The notes under the pieces are model-generated. The model did not search any database and was not told the DNA's origin. It saw only the letters and a program-made list of their open reading frames with translations. Source: a virus (taxonomy: Duplodnaviria; Heunggongvirae; Uroviricota; Caudoviricetes). Taken from it: 64,000 nt of DNA. Every line of letters starts with the position of its first letter. Within the stretch, counting starts at the first letter, position 1. Shown piece after piece: positions 59,506 to 64,000 of the stretch. The position numbers and the translations under genes are program-made. Where the stretch lies: IMG/VR virus record IMGVR_UViG_3300013126_000009. One strand, 5' to 3'.

Positions 59506-60117
59506 ATGGGAGATTTATTAGATAGTTTATTGACTGGTGGTGTTGGTGTTGCTTTAATAGGTTTGTTGGGCAATATAATACTATGGTATTTGAACAGCAA
59601 TAAACGCCAAAAGACTACTCAGACCATATCATCTGATTTTATAAATGTTTCAGAGTTTCAAGAAGCTATTGATAGGGTTTTAAGTGATACTGGTGTTCAA
59701 AGAATATTATTAATGAAAACCGAGGACGGTGGTGGAAAACCAAGATTAGGTACTCATTTATATGCCAGTGTATTATATGAAGGTTATAAACACCCTTTAA
59801 ATTCAGTTAAAAATGATTATCAAAGACTTCTGGTTGATGATATTTATGTTAAGATGTTGAGCGATATAGGTCCAACCACATCAAATAAATTATTGGTAAG
59901 TCGAATGAAAGACGGTATCTTAAAAAAGATATACCAAAGAGAAACGATTGTTTATTCGGAAGTTCATTATATTGGTGAGACTGATGATGCTTTCTTTTAC
60001 ATTAGTTTTGCGACAACCGATAATGATGATAGATTTGATGAACCTAATGATAGGGTCGAGATTGAAATTGCTGTAAGTAAAATAAGAGTGATATTTGAAG
60101 GAATAAAAAACAAATGA
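59506..60117 (+). CDS. membrane-anchored protein (possible holin-T/GAF-like)
   Basis: Single N-terminal TM plus a soluble domain of about 170 aa; TATTTA at 59479. Confidence 0.55.
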   Translation: MGDLLDSLLTGGVGVALIGLLGNIILWYLNSNKRQKTTQTISSDFINVSEFQEAIDRVLSDTGVQRILLMKTEDGGGKPRLGTHLYASVLYEGYKHPLNSVKNDYQRLLVDDIYVKMLSDIGPTTSNKLLVSRMKDGILKKIYQRETIVYSEVHYIGETDDAFFYISFATTDNDDRFDEPNDRVEIEIAVSKIRVIFEGIKNK

Positions 60118-60683
60118 ATACGTTACCGATTTTTATTATTATCATTTTGATAATAGCCAATGCTTGGTTCATATATAAAAACTTTATAGAAAGAACTAAA
60201 AGTACACCTATCTTAAATTGTGTTAAAGATATAGCTTTGGTTTATGACCTCATAAACTATATTGTGGAAAAAACCAACATCGATAAAGTGAGTATATGGA
60301 AATTACATCACGATATGGATTCACCATATATGGATGTTGTGTATGAAACCAATAATGATGGCACTGAAAAGTTAACGGTCAAACGTGGCGAGATACTAAT
60401 AGAGGATTCTATAGTTGACAAACTAAAACCGTTGGATATTGGTGAAGAAATAACCATAATAACTGAAGAATTATTTGATGGTGACAAAAAGAAAGATTTA
60501 ATATTGGATAAAATTAAATGGTCGAAGATGAGAAAAATAGCCGAAAGTGACACTGCGTTGTATTTTGTTGGTTTACATTTCTTTGAATTCGATAAACCAT
60601 TAACTAAGGGTGAAAAAATAATAACTACTAGAACCGTAAATAAAATAATCTCAATATTCGAAAAACATAAGGAAGATTTGTGA
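60114..60683 (+). CDS. membrane-anchored protein, possible distant paralog of 59506
   Basis: Single N-terminal TM; similar YF(I/V)(S/G)...I C-terminal pattern. Confidence 0.55.
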   Translation: MNTLPIFIIIILIIANAWFIYKNFIERTKSTPILNCVKDIALVYDLINYIVEKTNIDKVSIWKLHHDMDSPYMDVVYETNNDGTEKLTVKRGEILIEDSIVDKLKPLDIGEEITIITEELFDGDKKKDLILDKIKWSKMRKIAESDTALYFVGLHFFEFDKPLTKGEKIITTRTVNKIISIFEKHKEDL

Positions 60684-60728
60684 TAACCAAATATTATTAC
60701 TATATTTGTACAAACAAATTAAATTAAT

Positions 60729-60893
60729 ATGTTAAAAAAGGGGAAAAAATTACAATTCAAAGACAGAGTAGAGTTAATCATCAAAGCGTCAAACAATCGA
60801 AACACTGGGATGGTTATGACAGAAAATAACGAATATTCGACAGACTTCATTATGCGATGGTTAGATTTTGGTTTTGTTAAACTAATTGATTGA
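60729..60893 (+). CDS. small hypothetical protein (54 aa), missing from the ORF track
   Basis: MLKKGKKLQFKDRVEL...FGFVKLID*; TATATTTG at 60701. Confidence 0.45.
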   Translation: MLKKGKKLQFKDRVELIIKASNNRNTGMVMTENNEYSTDFIMRWLDFGFVKLID

Positions 60894-60913
60894 AAAAAAA
60901 AAATAATAAAAAA

Positions 60914-60945
60914 TTTGCATTACATCTAAAACTTTTATATATTTG
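60914..60945 (+). promoter_or_regulatory. Bacteroidota sigma-A type promoter of the leader/tRNA operon
   Basis: TTTG (60914-17), 20 nt, TATATTTG (60938-45). Confidence 0.8.
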
Positions 60946-60966
60946 TACCATATTTAATAAAAAGCT

Positions 60967-61053
60967 ATGAAAACTATGAGCATACATATGAATTCGATTA
61001 ATTGGAGACGCAGTAGCGCCACCATGGTCGGTTATGCTCATAACTTTAGTTGA
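60967..61053 (+). CDS. putative attenuator leader peptide (28 aa)
   Basis: MKTMSIHMNSINWRRSSATMVGYAHNFS*; codons 4-17 match the anticodons of the downstream tRNA array. Confidence 0.75.
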   Translation: MKTMSIHMNSINWRRSSATMVGYAHNFS

Positions 61054-61114
61054 TTTAAATTATAAAACTAAGAAATGAAGAACCCGACCTTAAACAGTCG
61101 GGTTTTTTGTTTTT
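60975..61114 (+). promoter_or_regulatory. putative ribosome-dependent transcription attenuator
   Basis: 60975-84 pairs with 61033-42 (10 bp); antiterminator 61026-33 can pair with 61081-89; terminator at 61081-61114. Confidence 0.7.
61081..61114 (+). terminator. rho-independent terminator ending 4 nt before tRNA-His
   Basis: AACCCGAC-CTTAAACA-GTCGGGTT-TTTTGTTTTT. Confidence 0.85.
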
Positions 61115-61118
61115 ATAT

Positions 61119-61206
61119 GGTCTGGTTAGCCCGTAACAGGTTAGCGGAACGGGTTGTGACCCCGTGGTAGAAATACCCCAATCGGTTCGAGTCCGATACC
61201 AGACCC
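61119..61206 (+). tRNA. tRNA-His(GTG), long variable arm
   Basis: GGTCTGGT/ACCAGACC (consistent with G-1:C73); ACGGG-TTGTGAC-CCCGT; GGTA-GAAA-TACC arm; ATCGG-TTCGAGT-CCGAT. Confidence 0.8.
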
Positions 61207-61256
61207 AGAATATTATCTTCGGATAATATGTTCTTTGACATATTAATATTAAACAC

Positions 61257-61328
61257 ACAGACATGGTGTAATTGGAAGCATAATTGACTCCAAATCAATT
61301 GGTTAGGGTTCGAGGCCTTATGTCTGTG
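61257..61328 (+). tRNA. tRNA-Trp(CCA)
   Basis: ACAGACA/TGTCTGT; ATTGA-CTCCAAA-TCAAT. Confidence 0.9.
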
Positions 61329-61340
61329 CAAATAATTTAT

Positions 61341-61428
61341 GGTGAGGCAAGCCAATTGGTGGTGGCCGCTATTTGCTAGGTAGTTAGGAGTAACCAGTCT
61401 CGTAAGGGTTCAACTCCCTTCCTCACCG
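61341..61428 (+). tRNA. tRNA-Ser(GCT)
   Basis: GGTGAGG/CCTCACC+G; loop TTGCTAG; long variable arm. Confidence 0.88.
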
Positions 61429-61445
61429 CGATAAAATTATATAAT

Positions 61446-61537
61446 GGAGGCGCCCAGTTGACAGAGGTACACCGTCTTGAAAACGGCTAGGTCAGTGATG
61501 AGCTGATGTAAGAGTTGGACTCTCTTCGTCTCCGCCA
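61446..61537 (+). tRNA. tRNA-Ser(TGA), CCA encoded
   Basis: GGAGGCG/CGTCTCC+GCCA; loop CTTGAAA; T-loop TTGGACT. Confidence 0.88.
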
Positions 61538-61543
61538 TAAATT

Positions 61544-61634
61544 CGACCTGTAGCAGCCAAACCTGATAAGTTTGAGAACTGTAGCTGGTATCTTGAGATA
61601 ACATCAAACATTGGTTCGAATCCAATCAGGTCGA
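61544..61634 (+). tRNA. non-canonical tRNA-Ile(GAT)-like RNA
   Basis: CGACCTG/CAGGTCG+A; CAAAC-CTGATAA-GTTTG only 7 nt after the acceptor; canonical T-arm. Confidence 0.6.
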
Positions 61635-61739
61635 CATCAACCATCAATGCCTCTCTTTGAAGCACACTTTTGATATCTGATGAAAACTAGTTAGTAGTCA
61701 GACAGAGTTACAAGATTCTCTAGGGTAAAAATCTTTCTT

Positions 61740-61829
61740 GGTGCGGTACCGATGGAAGCTTATATCTTCTATACTCGTAATGGCATGTTGAGATAACATC
61801 AAATATTGGTTCGAATCCAATCCGCACTA
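61740..61829 (+). tRNA. non-canonical tRNA-Ile(TAT)-like RNA
   Basis: GGTGCGG/CCGCACT+A; ATGGAAG-CTTATAT-CTTCTAT 5 nt after the acceptor; shares 34 of 35 nt of the 3' module with 61544-61634. Confidence 0.6.
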
Positions 61830-61843
61830 CATTAAATTAAAAT

Positions 61844-61915
61844 TCTGGTGTAGCTCAGAGGCAGAGCACTTGTCTGTTAAACAAGTGGTCGTGATATCGT
61901 AATTCACCACCAGAG
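61844..61915 (+). tRNA. tRNA-Asn(GTT)
   Basis: TCTGGTG/CACCAGA+G; CTTGT-CTGTTAA-ACAAG; atypical T-loop ATCGTAA. Confidence 0.88.
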
Positions 61916-61922
61916 CAATCAT

Positions 61923-61992
61923 TGCGAGTCTTAATGGTAAAGAGCCTCCTCTCATAAGGGAAGCCAAATCGGTTCAATTCCGATACTCGCAA
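61923..61992 (+). tRNA. tRNA-Met/Ile2(CAT), compact D-arm junction
   Basis: TGCGAGT/ACTCGCA; loop CTCATAA; ATCGG-TTCAATT-CCGAT; D-stem CTT/AAG directly abuts the acceptor. Confidence 0.7.
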
Positions 61993-62007
61993 CGTTAAAA
62001 TTAAAAT

Positions 62008-62087
62008 GGCGACATAGCCGAGCGTAGCTACGAACTACGTAATCGTAATCGGAGCGGAGGATGTGGGTTCGAATCCCTCTGTCGTCA
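62008..62087 (+). tRNA. atypical tRNA-Arg(ACG), long variable region
   Basis: GGCGACA/TGTCGTC+A; ACGAA-CTACGTA-ATCGT (A31:A39, U37); 16-nt variable region. Confidence 0.6.
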
Positions 62088-62094
62088 CATTTCT

Positions 62095-62166
62095 GGCACT
62101 ATGATGTAAATGGAAGCATCTCAATCTTCTAAATTGAGTGTAAAAGTTCGAATCTTTTTAGTGTCA
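62095..62166 (+). tRNA. tRNA-Arg(TCT)
   Basis: GGCACTA/TAGTGTC+A; TCAAT-CTTCTAA-ATTGA. Confidence 0.9.
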
Positions 62167-62215
62167 CTTTTTTTTTTGATTATTTTTTTGTATATTTATT
62201 TGTATATTTATTATT

Positions 62216-62452
62216 ATGATGAATCTTTGGGTTATAGTCGGTTTTGGTTTATATTACCTTATCAAAGGGGTGGTATGGGTTATCGTTGATGTATCATATT
62301 TTAAAACGAAATATGATAATCCATTACAACCAGTTTTTAATATTATTTTTTGGCCAATATTCTCAACAAGAAGAACTATAATTCAAATTACATCATGGTT
62401 TAAATCCAGAAAAAATGCAAAATCTAAAAGTGAAATTAAAGGAAGGTCTTAA
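62216..62452 (+). CDS. small membrane protein
   Basis: Hydrophobic N-terminus, IIFWPIF motif. Confidence 0.6.
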   Translation: MMNLWVIVGFGLYYLIKGVVWVIVDVSYFKTKYDNPLQPVFNIIFWPIFSTRRTIIQITSWFKSRKNAKSKSEIKGRS

Positions 62453-62615
62453 ATTTGGCGGTAATATATATGACTATTTTTCTTTTGAAAAAGGTGGAAA
62501 AAATATCTTAGTCAGTAAGGAAGGTATTCTTGGTCATGACAACCAATTAATTACATGGTCTGATATTGAAGCTTTGAAGAAAATATATGATAAAAAAGAT
62601 ATTGCCGAGGGGTGA
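62415..62615 (+). CDS. hypothetical protein
   Basis: 66 aa. Confidence 0.5.
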   Translation: MQNLKVKLKEGLKFGGNIYDYFSFEKGGKNILVSKEGILGHDNQLITWSDIEALKKIYDKKDIAEG

Positions 62616-62753
62616 GGAGATAAAATATTCTTAAACCATGACGATGATGGTTTAAGTGATGACGTTAAAATGTTATTATATTTAAGGTTCCCAGAGAAAT
62701 CTAAATTTGAAAAATAATTTGTATATTTACATTTAAGTGTATATATTTGTGCT

Positions 62754-63656
62754 ATGGAAAAAAATCGTCTAGGATATATGGTAACAAGACCAGACCAAAA
62801 ACTCACCATAATGAGAGGAATTTCAGGGTCAGGTAAAAGCACTAGGGCAAAAGAATTGGTCGGGAGCGGTGTAATTCACTCAACTGATGATGTAATATCT
62901 TCTATGGGTAATTATAATGATATTTTTGCTGATATGATAACCCGTAAAGATTTTTCAAACTTACAAAAGGCGCACCAAACAAATTTAAGAAATGCCATTA
63001 ACTCAATGAAGAATGGTATAACACCAGTCATTATAGATAACACTAATTTAGCGCCATGGGAATCTAAAGCTTATGTCAAAGCCGCATTGGAAATGGGTTT
63101 TGATGATAAGAATATAGAGATAGTGAATGTTGGTACTGGTGGTGCTTCAGCTGAAGAATTAGCGAAAAGGAATACTCATGGTGTCCCATTGGATAAAATC
63201 AAAGCGATGATTGATAAGTATAACGCTAATAAAGACATTACGATTGATGATATTCTTAAAGAAACCAAAAAAGATAAATCCGATAAGGTTTTGTATTCAG
63301 CTGTTGTTTTAGATGAAAAATCCAAAAACGAGCTGTTAGCTAAGTTTGACATACCTGAAGGTTGGAAAACCTTTGCGCATCATATGACGATAGTTTTCGG
63401 TAAAGGTTTACCAGAAGACATGAAATCTGATTTAGGTAAAACCGTTACATTGACAGTTAAAGAGTTGGGAATTTCTGATATGGCAATAGCCGTTAAGGTT
63501 GATGGATACCCATCAACCAATAACATACCACATATAACAATGGCTGTTAATGTTAACGAGGGTGGAAAACCTGTAATGTCAAATCAAATTACAAATTGGA
63601 AACCAGTTAAAAATTTCAATATTACTGGTACCGTAACAGAAGTTAAAGCAAATTAA
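62754..63656 (+). CDS. P-loop polynucleotide-kinase-like (AAA_33) domain fused to a 2H phosphoesterase
   Basis: MRGISGSGKST and IIDNTNL; C-terminal HHMTI and PHIT 2H motifs; promoter TTTG (62718), 20 nt, TATATTTG (62742). Confidence 0.8.
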   Translation: MEKNRLGYMVTRPDQKLTIMRGISGSGKSTRAKELVGSGVIHSTDDVISSMGNYNDIFADMITRKDFSNLQKAHQTNLRNAINSMKNGITPVIIDNTNLAPWESKAYVKAALEMGFDDKNIEIVNVGTGGASAEELAKRNTHGVPLDKIKAMIDKYNANKDITIDDILKETKKDKSDKVLYSAVVLDEKSKNELLAKFDIPEGWKTFAHHMTIVFGKGLPEDMKSDLGKTVTLTVKELGISDMAIAVKVDGYPSTNNIPHITMAVNVNEGGKPVMSNQITNWKPVKNFNITGTVTEVKAN

Positions 63657-63666
63657 TTAATTAATA

Positions 63667-63912
63667 ATGTTAGAAAGAATTTTAGAAATGTATCCTGACG
63701 ATACGTTTTTGGTTGCTGATGGTTTTAATGAGGCAATCATTGGTGTTGATGAATCAAGCATGCGATTGATTTATTCTGTCGAAAAATGTATAGATATCTT
63801 AGTTGAAGATGATGAAATGTTGTTAGAACAAGCAATAGAATACTTTGATTTCAATGTCAGAGGTTCCTATGTTGGTGAGCAAACACCAATTTTTTGTGAA
63901 GATTGTTTTTAA
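63667..63912 (+). CDS. hypothetical protein
   Basis: ADGFNEAIIG...EYFDFNVRGSYVGEQTPIF. Confidence 0.7.
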   Translation: MLERILEMYPDDTFLVADGFNEAIIGVDESSMRLIYSVEKCIDILVEDDEMLLEQAIEYFDFNVRGSYVGEQTPIFCEDCF

Positions 63913-63953
63913 TAGTCAAAAATATTTTTATATCTTTGACCAAAATTAATAAT

Positions 63954-64000
63954 ATGACTGAACAGTTAGAAATCGAAAGAAAATATTTACTAAAATATAA
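63954..64000 (+). CDS. CYTH-domain protein, 5' partial
   Basis: MTEQLEIERKYLL; ExExK is the CYTH N-terminal motif. Confidence 0.55.
   Translation, partial: MTEQLEIERKYLLKY

Noticed and set aside
61055-61625. Minus-strand ORFs 61055-61264, 61113-61355 and 61437-61625
   Set aside because: They are antisense to tRNA genes and the terminator, with no protein-like features.
61636-61739. Possible extra tRNA or amber suppressor (CTCTAGG) in the spacer between the Ile-like RNAs
   Set aside because: No acceptor stem or T-arm could be built; only weak hairpins.
61544-61829. YrlA-type Y RNA interpretation of the Ile-like RNAs
   Set aside because: Their 5' and 3' ends form tRNA acceptor stems next to the T-arm rather than a Ro-binding stem; not excluded without a covariance search.
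1-64000. Stop-codon reassignment as in some large Bacteroidota phages
   Set aside because: Long ORFs tile the window under the standard code, TAG and TGA occur at plausible gene ends, and no suppressor tRNA was found.

Overview
AT-rich window of a large contractile-tailed (T4-like or jumbo) bacteriophage. The host is most likely Bacteroidota: TAnnTTTG/-33 TTTG promoters, no Shine-Dalgarno motifs, SprB repeats and an Hc1-like protein. Layout: end of a probable ribonucleotide reductase gene; integron-like cassette array 1 (55-2233); baseplate/tail module (2.4-28.1 kb), interrupted by a free-standing Hef-like endonuclease that duplicated the promoter and 5' end of its target gene; replication/recombination genes (RuvC-like, thioredoxin, primase, intein-containing PD-(D/E)XK nuclease, SbcCD/gp46-47); a sigma-70 factor; lysis and head-associated genes; proteostasis and translation-rescue genes (DnaJ, two ClpP, tmRNA, CCA enzyme, kinase-2H phosphoesterase); cassette array 2 (55067-57250); and a 10-gene tRNA array. 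The top candidate for an undescribed system is a 28-codon leader ORF (60967-61053) with classic attenuator hairpins directly upstream of the tRNA array. Its codons 4-17 are all decoded by the downstream tRNAs, and every downstream tRNA has a cognate codon there, suggesting a sensor of tRNA depletion that switches on the phage rescue tRNAs. Several of those tRNAs have non-canonical folds, including two arm-permuted Ile-like RNAs. All family assignments come from motif recognition by eye; no database searches were run.
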